This document shows, one piece after another, positions 28,775 to 37,659 of a stretch of DNA of 64,000 nt (positions are counted from its first letter, which is position 1; each line of letters begins with the position of its first letter). The DNA is from Candidatus Hydrogenedentota bacterium (GTDB lineage: Bacteria; Hydrogenedentota; Hydrogenedentia; Hydrogenedentales; SLHB01): NCBI GenBank assembly GCA_963745075.1, contig CAVUWV010000023.1, forward strand, positions 40,618 through 104,617, given 5' to 3'. Position numbers and translations under genes: made by a program. The notes under the pieces were generated by a model. It did no database searches. It was not told the origin of the DNA and was given only the letters and a program-made list of their open reading frames with translations.

Positions 28775-30187
28775 GTGAGTATCCAATCCAATCATATCGA
28801 CGAATCGCGCTGGACGGGGCTGTCGGAAGTCCTGCGGCTGGCGATGCCCGCGATTCTTGCGTCCATTTCGTGGACGGTGATGCAGTTCATCGATACGGCC
28901 ATGGTCGGCCAACTGGGGCAGGTGCCGCTGGCGGCCGTGGGGTCTGCCGGGCTGTGGGCATTCGTCATGAACACCTTCGCCGTGGGCGTGGTGGGCTGCG
29001 TGGCGACGTTTGTGGGCCAAAGCCTTGGCCGCGGCCGTCTTACCGATTGCGGGCGCTACGCGTGGCAAGGGATCTACCTCTCGCTGGCGACGGGCCTGTT
29101 GGCAATTGCGTTATGGCCACTTGCGGGACCCATCTTTCATCTCATGCCGCACACGCCCGAGGTGCAGGTGCAGGAGATTCTGTATTTCCGCATCCGGTTA
29201 TTGGGGTACGTGTTCATCGCGTGGCAGACGGCCCTCGCGTCCTTCTTTCAGGCCGTGAACCGTCCGATGATTCCCATGGTCTCGGCGTTTGCGGCGAATT
29301 TGCTGAACATCGTGCTGGATTATGCGCTGATCTTCGGCCATTTCGGCTTGCCCCGCATGGAAATCGGCGGCGCCGCGCTGGCCACGGTGATCGCCCTGGG
29401 CTTTCAGGTCGCGCTGCTGCAATGGGTCTTTCTGCGCAAATCCATGGAAGAGACCTACGCGACGCGCAGCGGATTCGCCTTCGACTGGTCCAAGATGACG
29501 GAACTCTTCAACATCGGCTGGCCTGCGGGCCTGTCATTCTTGCTGGACGTGATGAACTGGGGCATCTTCACCAGCTTCATTGTGGGGTACTTCGGCGACA
29601 GCGTGTTGGCGGCGCACACGGCGGCCATCGCCATCATGCACATCTCCTTCGTGCCGGCCATGGGTTTGAACCAGGCCATCGCGCCCATCGTGGGCCAATG
29701 GATCGGGCGGGAGAACATCCCCATTGCAAAGGCGCGCGCCTACACCGCCACCAAACTCGGCATCGCGTATATGTTCGGCATGGGAATGATCTTCGCCTTC
29801 CTGGGCCCGGCGATCATCCACGCCTTCTTCATCAACGACTGGAACGTGGTGAAACTGTGCCACATCTTCCTGATGATGGGCGCGGTGTTCCAGGGTTTCG
29901 ATGCCATTAATATCGTGCTGTCAGGCGCGCTGCGCGGTGCGGGGGACACCCGGTGGATCGCGGTGATGACGGCTATCGGTGCGTACGGTCTCTTTCTGCC
30001 TGCGGCGTTGATCATGGCGTTTGTGTTCAAGTGGGGCGCAGTTGGCGCCTGGCTCGGGGCGACGGTCTACATCATCACGTTGAGCGGGATCATGTTCCGC
30101 CGCTTTCACGGCGAGCGGTGGCGCCACATCAAGATTTTCCGCGCCGATTTGGTGCCCGTGGTTGGGGCGGCGGATGTGATGAAGTGA
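28775..30187 (+). CDS. MATE family efflux transporter
   Basis: LRLAMP....FIDTAMVGQLG..LAAVG, NIVLDYALIFG.FGLP.M.I.GAALAT, GALRGAGDT; about 12 TM segments. Confidence 0.93.
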   Translation: MSIQSNHIDESRWTGLSEVLRLAMPAILASISWTVMQFIDTAMVGQLGQVPLAAVGSAGLWAFVMNTFAVGVVGCVATFVGQSLGRGRLTDCGRYAWQGIYLSLATGLLAIALWPLAGPIFHLMPHTPEVQVQEILYFRIRLLGYVFIAWQTALASFFQAVNRPMIPMVSAFAANLLNIVLDYALIFGHFGLPRMEIGGAALATVIALGFQVALLQWVFLRKSMEETYATRSGFAFDWSKMTELFNIGWPAGLSFLLDVMNWGIFTSFIVGYFGDSVLAAHTAAIAIMHISFVPAMGLNQAIAPIVGQWIGRENIPIAKARAYTATKLGIAYMFGMGMIFAFLGPAIIHAFFINDWNVVKLCHIFLMMGAVFQGFDAINIVLSGALRGAGDTRWIAVMTAIGAYGLFLPAALIMAFVFKWGAVGAWLGATVYIITLSGIMFRRFHGERWRHIKIFRADLVPVVGAADVMK

Positions 30188-30191
30188 AGAT

Positions 30192-30214
30192 GACCGGCGG
30201 GGACGCCGGTCCCA
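30192..30214. repeat. Single REP-like hairpin
   Basis: GACCGGCG-GGA-CGCCGGTC followed by CCAC. Confidence 0.6.
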
Positions 30215-30288
30215 CACCGGTTTGGCCTTTTCGTAGCGGTGAAAGCAGTTCGGTATTCCCGAGAATTTACGCGGCTGGAAGCGCGCGT

Positions 30289-32862
30289 CTACGAGTTGTG
30301 ATGCGCGTGCATATGCGTATGCGCGTGGTCGTGGCCTTGGCGATGGAGTTGGTTGTGGAGTTCGCGGTGGGCTGCCGTGAGAGTCAAGCGCATGCGTTTG
30401 TACGTCGCGTCGTCGGCGCGGGTGCCGATGGTGTCGAGATAGGCCAGAGCGCCTTCGATTTGTTCGAGGATGGTCACGGCATCGGCGGCCGCGAAGAAGG
30501 GCGTGCCTTCGACGGGAACCATCACGGCCGACGAGTGGGCGGCGATGATCTCGGGTTTGTCGGGGTAGTGTCCTCGCACGAGTAGGGCGATCCACGAGCT
30601 TCGTGTGATCGGTACGCGCCAGTGTCCTTTGGCGCGGGTCTTCCCGATGCGACGGCTTTCGCGAATTTCGCCGTTAACGATGAGTTCCACGCGGGACATG
30701 GGGATCGTCACGCTGGCGAGTTCGTATTCGACGTCGACCGTGCCGCCGTTGCGTTTCATGGGGATGCGGGAACCGGCGGGCTCGCCCTCGACCGTGAACT
30801 CCATCAGCGGCCCGTAGGTGACGAAGGTGTGGCCGTTGCGCACGACGTTCATCCACGCGCCGTACGTGAATTCACGATTCTTGCCGACGCAGGCGTAAGT
30901 GCGGACCGTGCCGACGGCCGTGTTCGCGCTCATCTTGTCCGTGCCGCCGACGGCCGGGTGGGCGTAGCCGCAGTTGAGGTAGCGGTACCAGTCCGAGAGC
31001 GAATAGGGATCGATGCCGCTGTACAGGTCGCCCCACGAACACATTTCGACGGCGTCCACCTGGCCGCTGACGAGGTTGGCCGCGTTTTCGCAGCGGGGAT
31101 TCGGGAAGTGGGGCATGACCACCAGCCCACCCTGGGCGCGGCAACGTTGAGCCCATTCCGCCATGAGCGCACCGGCCGGATCGCCGAGCGCCGACTCATC
31201 GGCCCCGGCGGTGCACATGGGGGCGATGATGTTGCCGTTGTACCCGAGCAACGAGATGTGGCCGAGGACGTGTTGCCGGTTCTCGGTACCAACCCGCACC
31301 AGCCATTCGCCGTCGCCGCCCGCTTCTTTGGACCCAAAGGTCGTTTTGCCGTCAAAGTCGCCGACGTTCGTCATCAGTTCGCCCCATTGGCTGGCGAGCA
31401 GGTTGATGACGTTGACGCCTTCCGCCGAACCCTCGAGCATGGCCGTCGCGGGAGATAAAAAATGCACGTGCGTGTCCGCGGTGATCCAGCCCCGTTCGCG
31501 CCATGGCAAGACCTTCTCGATGGCGATGGTAATCGTCTTGGTGCGCGGCGTGATCCGTTGCACTTTTCGGATCGGCCTGATTTCGAATCCTTTGCTGACC
31601 TCGACGTACACGTTGCCGAAGGGGAGGTCGATGGTCGTTTCGCCGGAGATGTAGGCGCAGTAATGGATGTTCTGATTGAGGAAGTCCGCGCTGTAGTCTT
31701 CAAACCACGCGGGATTTGGAATCCGGTGGCGATCCACGGGTGCAAGATATTCGCCTGCCTCGCCATGGATGTGTAGCTTCACGGGTACCGGACGTTTGCT
31801 CGCCTTTTCGACGACGCGCACCTGCACGCGTTGCGTTGCGGGTGCGACCGGGGTGAGGGCGGTGCCGCGTCCGCCGCCTTCAACCTTCTCTACCGGAATC
31901 ATCTTCCCGCCGACGTGGAACCGCGCGTCCGGATGCGCCGTGTATTCGATCAACACGTCGCGCGCCGAGTGCTTCGGAGCCTGGTTGTTGTAACTCGAAG
32001 ACCAAGCTGCGTTGGGATAGATTGTTCGGGGTTGCGCCGAGATTACCTGGCCCAGGTCGAGTGCGATCTGTTTCAGGTACCCCTCGTCGTTCAGCGCGGG
32101 ATTGAATGTAACGTCTTTTGGTAGTTTCAGGATAACTTTGCGGCGCGTGCGCCAGCGCAGTGGTTGATTCTCGGCCGTTCCGGCCGCGACGCCGGAGATC
32201 AACAAGCCGAATCCCTTGGGTTCAATGCGCAATCCGACGATCGTCTTCTCGGGGTGGGGGTTCTCCCACGCCCACAACCAATTGACCCAGGGCACAATGT
32301 CGGTCTGCATGACGCGGGTCTGGCTCTGCCCCCAGTACGTGAGCGTGTTGCCGTACGGCGGGTCGATCACCTGTTCGTGCACGGGCGGCACGGGCCGCGG
32401 CTTGCGAAAAGCGACGGCCTGAAAGCAATTCTCGCCCCAGGGTCGTTCGAACATGCCGATGTGATGCCGGCGGCGAATGGCATGCCGTCCTTCGCTACCG
32501 TCTTTGTACAGCAACACGTAATCGGCGACGTGTTCATTCAGGCGCCCGATGCCGCGCGTTGGCGAAATGAAACCGTCCTTGTTCCATGGGAGCGGCTCGA
32601 AATCCGTGGTATGCATGAACACCAGCCAGGGCGCTTTGAAGGGTTTTAATGGGACGTCGATCGGGAACTTCTTGGCGGCGAGCGGGCGGTTGACCGCAAA
32701 GGGTAGGCCCCAGCAGGTGCAGGTTCCGCGCGGCGCGCGGGACGCGGTGTCCTGCATCTTTTTCGAGAGGCCGGCTTTACGCAGCGTGACGAAGGTTGCG
32801 TTGCCGCGGAAGGGCACGGCTTGGAACAGGGGTGATTGCGGGCCATCGTGAACGGCTGCCAT
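30289..32862 (-). CDS. CehA/McbA family metallohydrolase (PHP-like) with His-rich tail
   Basis: GW.TADTHVHF, GTENRQH.LGH, WYRYLNCG...PAVGGTD, G.TFVT.GP. Confidence 0.8.
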   Translation of the reverse strand: MAAVHDGPQSPLFQAVPFRGNATFVTLRKAGLSKKMQDTASRAPRGTCTCWGLPFAVNRPLAAKKFPIDVPLKPFKAPWLVFMHTTDFEPLPWNKDGFISPTRGIGRLNEHVADYVLLYKDGSEGRHAIRRRHHIGMFERPWGENCFQAVAFRKPRPVPPVHEQVIDPPYGNTLTYWGQSQTRVMQTDIVPWVNWLWAWENPHPEKTIVGLRIEPKGFGLLISGVAAGTAENQPLRWRTRRKVILKLPKDVTFNPALNDEGYLKQIALDLGQVISAQPRTIYPNAAWSSSYNNQAPKHSARDVLIEYTAHPDARFHVGGKMIPVEKVEGGGRGTALTPVAPATQRVQVRVVEKASKRPVPVKLHIHGEAGEYLAPVDRHRIPNPAWFEDYSADFLNQNIHYCAYISGETTIDLPFGNVYVEVSKGFEIRPIRKVQRITPRTKTITIAIEKVLPWRERGWITADTHVHFLSPATAMLEGSAEGVNVINLLASQWGELMTNVGDFDGKTTFGSKEAGGDGEWLVRVGTENRQHVLGHISLLGYNGNIIAPMCTAGADESALGDPAGALMAEWAQRCRAQGGLVVMPHFPNPRCENAANLVSGQVDAVEMCSWGDLYSGIDPYSLSDWYRYLNCGYAHPAVGGTDKMSANTAVGTVRTYACVGKNREFTYGAWMNVVRNGHTFVTYGPLMEFTVEGEPAGSRIPMKRNGGTVDVEYELASVTIPMSRVELIVNGEIRESRRIGKTRAKGHWRVPITRSSWIALLVRGHYPDKPEIIAAHSSAVMVPVEGTPFFAAADAVTILEQIEGALAYLDTIGTRADDATYKRMRLTLTAAHRELHNQLHRQGHDHAHTHMHAHHNS

Positions 32863-32982
32863 GAATGGGTCTCCCGGGTTTATCGCGAACCTGTGGCCGC
32901 TTCGAGATCGAATGGACTATATGGTCGAGCGGGATGAGGATTGGGGCGGTGGTGAGCGTGCCCGCGCCACACACCATCGCGT

Positions 32983-33732
32983 TCACAAGGCCCGCACGTA
33001 TTCTGCGCTGATGCGGGCGCTTTCCAAGGAGTCGCCCGCGCATTCGTCTTGCTCGACAATGTACCACTGGACGCGGGCCTTCGCCGCGGCGCTGAGGATG
33101 GGTGTCCATTCCATGATGCCGCGACCCATTTCCGCGAAGGTGCGGTCGTCGCCGCCGGTCATGTCTTTGAGATGGAGCAGCGGCGTGCGTCCCGCGTACT
33201 TCTTAATGTACGCTACGGGGTCGGCGCCGCCGTATTTGACCCAATAGGTGTCCAACTCCGCGGCCAGATTCGACGCGTTCGCCGCGCCCAACAGGATGTC
33301 GAGGATGTATTGGCCGTCGTAGCGTTGAAACTCGTGGGCGTGGTTGTGGTAGCAGAGGGTGATTCCTTCGCGCTGGAACTGGGCGCCGGCGTTGTCCATG
33401 GCCTTGGCGCACCGGATCCAGGCATCTTGGTCGGGGCACATCTCGCCCCCGAGCCAGGGCACGACGGCATAGTGCAAATCAAGCGCCTTCACGGACTCGA
33501 TAACCGCGCCCGTGGTCTTGACCACGTCTTCATAGGGGAAATGGCCGCTGATGGCTTTGAGGCCCGCGTCCGCGAGCATTTGCTTGTAGTCGTTCGGACT
33601 GTGGGACCCGAACCCCGCGAGTTCCACGAAGTCGTACCCGATTTCTTTCACGCGCCGGAGGGTGCCCGGCGTGTCCTTTTCGAGGTGGTCCCGCACGGTA
33701 TACAGTTGCAATGCGAAGGGAATACCGCTCAT
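32983..33732 (-). CDS. Sugar phosphate isomerase/epimerase (xylose isomerase-like TIM barrel)
   Basis: LQLYTVR, YHNHAHEF, ELDTYW, LHLKD, VEQD. Confidence 0.9.
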   Translation of the reverse strand: MSGIPFALQLYTVRDHLEKDTPGTLRRVKEIGYDFVELAGFGSHSPNDYKQMLADAGLKAISGHFPYEDVVKTTGAVIESVKALDLHYAVVPWLGGEMCPDQDAWIRCAKAMDNAGAQFQREGITLCYHNHAHEFQRYDGQYILDILLGAANASNLAAELDTYWVKYGGADPVAYIKKYAGRTPLLHLKDMTGGDDRTFAEMGRGIMEWTPILSAAAKARVQWYIVEQDECAGDSLESARISAEYVRAL

Positions 33733-33768
33733 GACTCAACCCTTTCGTAATCGGTTTTCGTGAACGTG

Positions 33769-34221
33769 TTACAACGTTTTGCGCATGCGTTTCAGATAGT
33801 GGCGAACGCCGTCCTTTATCTGGCGGGACACGGCGCGCCCGATAATCGCGGCGACGAGGAAGTTGACCTCCATATCGCATTCGATCAAGTCGGTGTATTC
33901 GATCTCGGTCTTCTTTTTGCTGCGCGACTTGAAGGTGGCGATTCCTTTGGATTTCATGTTGCCTTTGCCGACGGACTTCCACTTCAAGACGTGATCGCCG
34001 GTCATGGTGTAGCGGATCGTGTGCCATCCTTCGAAGGTCACGCCCAACTCGGTTCGCGGTTCGAGGATCAGTTTGAGCGAGTTGTTTTTCAGGACCTTAT
34101 ACTCCGCAACGCCGCCGTAATTCGCCGCGATGGTTTGCAGGTCGCTGAAATGGGCTTCGGCCTTTTCGATGGGCACATTGACTGTAAACGTTTCGGAGTA
34201 CTCGCCGGCATACTTCGCCAT
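33769..34221 (-). CDS. SRPBCC/CoxG-like START-fold protein
   Basis: GGAGG RBS; F.VNVP.E.A..HFSD pattern, beta-rich core, long C-terminal helix. Confidence 0.6.
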   Translation of the reverse strand: MAKYAGEYSETFTVNVPIEKAEAHFSDLQTIAANYGGVAEYKVLKNNSLKLILEPRTELGVTFEGWHTIRYTMTGDHVLKWKSVGKGNMKSKGIATFKSRSKKKTEIEYTDLIECDMEVNFLVAAIIGRAVSRQIKDGVRHYLKRMRKTL

Positions 34222-34255
34222 ACCTGCCTCCCAAAGAGTTGTTAATGGTTCAATT

Positions 34256-35032
34256 TCATCCGCCTGCGTGCGTGCGCAGGAATTCATAACTCATTCGGCA
34301 ACTGTCAAACACGTCCCGCTCCGATTCGTCCTGCTCGTACACGAGCCATTCGACGCCGGCATTTCGCGCAGCCGCGAAGATGGCGGGCCAGTCCAGGACC
34401 CCGTGACCCAGTTCAGTGGGAACCGGTTTGCCATCGGAATCGAGATTGGCCTTGTGGTCTTTCACATGAATGATGGGACAGCGCCGGGCGTGGCGCGCGA
34501 TATAGATCGCGGGATCGGCTTTGCCGGTGTGGACCCAGGCCGTGTCGAATTCGGCGTGGACGAGTTCGGGCGGTGTTTCATCGAGCAGGATATCGATCTT
34601 GAAGCGGGTATCTTCGGCAAAACGTTGAAACTCGAAGTCGTGGTTGTGGTAGGAAAAGCGGATGCCTTCGTCGCGGAGACGTTCGGCAACCGATTTGATC
34701 CGATTCAGGCCGCGCCGCCAATCCGCCAGGGAATCGCGGCAATCCGTCATCATGCTGGCGAGGGCCAGATCCCGGACGCCCAGAGTGTGCCAGAATTGAA
34801 CGGTGTCCGCGAAATCCGATTCGAAGGGTTCGAGCATGCAATGTCCGGCCATGGTGGATAGGCCAGCAGCATCCAGCGCGGCACGGGCTTCTTCGGCGGG
34901 CAGGTCCGGCATACCGCTCCATTGGACATACTCGAAACCCGTGTCGCGCACGCGGTTGAGGGTGTCCTGCAAATTTTGTTTTGCCGGTTCGCGAACCGTG
35001 TACAGAATCATGGCGATGCCCGGGGTGCTCAT
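34256..35032 (-). CDS. Sugar phosphate isomerase/epimerase
   Basis: LYTVR, YHNHDFEF, EFDTAW, IHVKD, ELG.G.LDW, YEQD. Confidence 0.9.
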   Translation of the reverse strand: MSTPGIAMILYTVREPAKQNLQDTLNRVRDTGFEYVQWSGMPDLPAEEARAALDAAGLSTMAGHCMLEPFESDFADTVQFWHTLGVRDLALASMMTDCRDSLADWRRGLNRIKSVAERLRDEGIRFSYHNHDFEFQRFAEDTRFKIDILLDETPPELVHAEFDTAWVHTGKADPAIYIARHARRCPIIHVKDHKANLDSDGKPVPTELGHGVLDWPAIFAAARNAGVEWLVYEQDESERDVFDSCRMSYEFLRTHAGG

Positions 35033-35141
35033 GCAGTCCTCCACTTGGATCGAACGGCGTAGAACCATTGCCGCAGATGCGGCGGCTTTCGATTTTCCAC
35101 GGGATGGTATTGCGTGTCAAACGGGGATATGGACGTGCATG

Positions 35142-36836
35142 TTATCGGGCGACGTTAAGAAGGGTTTCCAGCATGCGGTCGGCGATGGTGATGACGCGGG
35201 CGGACGCTTCGTAGGCGCGCTGGAAGAGCAGCATGGAGGTGACTTCTTCGTCGAGGTTGACGCCGGACACCTCCTGACGGCGGGCGTCGAGGTCCTGGAT
35301 GAAGGCGTTTTCCGTATTCAGGACGTCCGTATTGGAACGGCCGTCGACGCCGAGCGTGGCTACGGTGGACTGATAGAATTCCGCGATGGTAGACGAATTG
35401 CTGTCCAGCACCTTGGCGGTGCGCAGGTCCGCCATGGCCAGGGCGGCGGAATTGTCACCGGTGTTCGACAGGTCGGTGCTGAAACCCGACGAGAGCAACG
35501 CGGGGTTATTGGCGAGATCGGGATTGAGTGCAATCGTGCGGGCGTCGGTGCCGGTAAACAGGCCGTTCAATCCCAGTGCCGGTAACGCGCCGGTCGAGTC
35601 ATTGGCGAAGGAAAACGAGTAGGTTGCGTCGGGGGAGATTTCAAGCTGGTTGCCGTTCACCACTGCATTGAGATTTCCGACGGTGTTGAGGTCTGTGGCG
35701 AGGTCGTTCAACGTCGTTGCGCCGGTAATCGTAATCGTGGTCGTGGTGGGCGTGCCGGCGGAGTCGTAGACGACGACGTCGAAGGTGCCGGGCGTTACGG
35801 TGAAAGGGAGCCCCGCGGAAACCAGGGGATCGGTTGGGGCGTTCACTTCATTGGTGCTGGTCAGGGCCGACGAGTAGGCTTCGAGGCCGCGTCCCTGGCT
35901 GTGAATTGCGTTTAGTTGCTGGATCAGGGCGCCGGCAATCTCGTCGATTCGCGCGTCCTGCTCGGGAATCACCGTATCGCGAATGGTCAGGGCCCCGAAT
36001 ACCTCGCCGCCGCGCACGTCCACCAGCGAGTTGTCGTCGGCGAAGCGTAACTCGACCAAATCGCCGCGTTCAGGGTCCAAGGCCGGGTTGCGGACGGCGG
36101 AAATCTCGCGTGCGCGGGTCGTGTCGACCAGGATGGCGCTGCCAATCTGGACCTGGACCTGGCCGGTCTCGCTCTCGTGATAGGTGATATTGACAATCTT
36201 GCCCAGTTGATCCAGGAGTACGCCGCGCTGGTCCCGCAAGGAACCGGCGGTCCGGCCCGACGCTTCGATTTGCTGGATCTGCCGGTTCAACTCGTAGATG
36301 CGCTGGGAAATGGAATTGATTTCCGGCACTTGGTTGCGGATTTCTTCGTTGGCGTTGGTCCGGAGTTGATCGAAGCGGGAAACGAGTTGGTTGAGATCGG
36401 TGGCGACGGCATCCGCTTCAGAGAGAAAGGCCTCGCGAACGGGGAGTGATTCCACGTTATTGGCGTAATCGTGCAAGGCGTCAAAGAATCGGTCCAAGCG
36501 GGTGCCGAACCCGTTGTCGCTAGGCTCTAAGAAGGTGTCCTCAATGAGGTTATAGTACTGGGCTTGAACCTCGGCGCTGCCCAGACCGGCGACCTGCCGC
36601 ACGTACGCATTGTCGAGAAACCCGTCGCGCAGCCGCGCGATCTGGGCGATGCCGACGCCGCGCCCGATCTGACCGGCGGGGGTGTTGATTGGGAAGAGTT
36701 CGACCAATTCGGCCCGCTGGCGGGAGAAGCCGGGGGTGTTCACGTTGGCGATGTTATTGCCGGTAACGTCGAGCTGGATCTGCGCGGTACGCAGACCCGA
36801 AGTCCCGATACTGAGCGCACTGAATAACGTTCCCAC
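35142..36836 (-). CDS. flgK: Flagellar hook-associated protein FlgK
   Basis: GLRTAQ..L.VTGNNIANVNTPGFSRQR, GRGV, L.DQR..L...L, SGVNLDEE...ML.FQRAYEASARVI. Confidence 0.95.
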   Translation of the reverse strand: MGTLFSALSIGTSGLRTAQIQLDVTGNNIANVNTPGFSRQRAELVELFPINTPAGQIGRGVGIAQIARLRDGFLDNAYVRQVAGLGSAEVQAQYYNLIEDTFLEPSDNGFGTRLDRFFDALHDYANNVESLPVREAFLSEADAVATDLNQLVSRFDQLRTNANEEIRNQVPEINSISQRIYELNRQIQQIEASGRTAGSLRDQRGVLLDQLGKIVNITYHESETGQVQVQIGSAILVDTTRAREISAVRNPALDPERGDLVELRFADDNSLVDVRGGEVFGALTIRDTVIPEQDARIDEIAGALIQQLNAIHSQGRGLEAYSSALTSTNEVNAPTDPLVSAGLPFTVTPGTFDVVVYDSAGTPTTTTITITGATTLNDLATDLNTVGNLNAVVNGNQLEISPDATYSFSFANDSTGALPALGLNGLFTGTDARTIALNPDLANNPALLSSGFSTDLSNTGDNSAALAMADLRTAKVLDSNSSTIAEFYQSTVATLGVDGRSNTDVLNTENAFIQDLDARRQEVSGVNLDEEVTSMLLFQRAYEASARVITIADRMLETLLNVAR

Positions 36837-36932
36837 ACGAACCTCCTTGTTGCACTATCTCGCCCCGAACTCTGAGGCTAACGCATTCGGACGGGCTCGT
36901 CCGTGCCCAAAGGGGAGCAACCCGCATACCCA

Positions 36933-36960
36933 TTATCGGCGGTGAAGGCAAGGTCCTTTA
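36933..36960 (-). promoter_or_regulatory. Sigma28 (FliA) promoter of flgK
   Basis: Minus strand TAAA-N16-GCCGATAA about 96 nt upstream of flgK. Confidence 0.7.
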
Positions 36961-37054
36961 GCGCAGGGGGTTAACGGGTTCTAACTGCTTGTGGTGCAAG
37001 AGTATGGCAGGCAACTCTTTCCGCTCGGGGCAAAAGGTGCCGGTGGCCGGGATC

Positions 37055-37202
37055 AAATCCGAAATCCGAAGCTCGAAATCCGAAACAATTCTGAATGACC
37101 GAAAGGGGGAAATGGTCCGAATAAACCTGTGCTGTGACAACCTGTCGTACCCTGCCGGTTCTTTGGGAACCGGTATTTGAGATCAGAGATTTGAGATTTC
37201 AG
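37055..37202. repeat. Two opposed 7-nt periodic repeat tracts
   Basis: AAATCCG AAATCCG AAGCTCG AAATCCG (37055-37082) and ATTTGAG ATCAGAG ATTTGAG ATTTCAG (37175-37202). Confidence 0.75.
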
Positions 37203-37311
37203 AAATGCGATGGGCCAGGGCCACCGGCCTATAAAACAACGTCTTCGGGGCGGTGAGAGCGGCGAATCGGGCAGCGGGCGAGGGCCGGCGCGGAACCTAT
37301 ATTCCGAATGC

Positions 37312-37359
37312 CTTTAATGTAAAAATAGAATTGCAAAAATGCAGCGTTGGTGTTAGCAT
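37312..37359 (+). promoter_or_regulatory. Sigma70 promoter with UP element and no downstream CDS
   Basis: AT-rich tract TTTAATGTAAAAATAGAA, TTGCAA (37331-37336)-N17-TAGCAT (37354-37359), extended -10 TG. Confidence 0.65.
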
Positions 37360-37364
37360 GAAGC

Positions 37365-37485
37365 CAACGGCAGGAACGACGTACGAGAGCCACTTTGTGA
37401 GCGTCCGATAAACGGACAATAAGTGTGGCCCGAGTATATGCCCCTAGTGCCTATAGGGCTCTCGACGCAGTTCCTGCCGTTGTTG
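37365..37485 (+). ncRNA. Candidate structured non-coding RNA of unknown family (~120 nt, four-way junction)
   Basis: Starts at the predicted TSS; perfect 13-bp closing stem CAACGGCAGGAAC/GTTCCTGCCGTTG; inner stem CGAGAGC/GCTCTCG enclosing three helices. Confidence 0.55.
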
Positions 37486-37659
37486 TGTGCGGGGGAATCG
37501 GAAGAATCTGAGCGTTTCCACAACTTCATATGCTCGTACTCGACAGCGCTTTGACCCCTACCCTTTTGCGCAAAGACCATTCGCGCTGTATGCAGTCGAG
37601 ACCGATGTGAGGTCTTTTTCGAGTACGAGACCGAGTACGGGCTATTTGGGGAACACGGC

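Noticed and set aside
37361..37485. Integron attC site, SRP RNA or IS110 bridge RNA as explanation of the hairpin (TGTTAGCATG is shared with the IS110 left junction at 61289)
   Set aside because: No unpaired central spacer or GTTRRRY box; no SRP GGAAGGAAGCAG motif; no pair of large internal loops. The shared 10-mer is adequately explained as an extended -10 box
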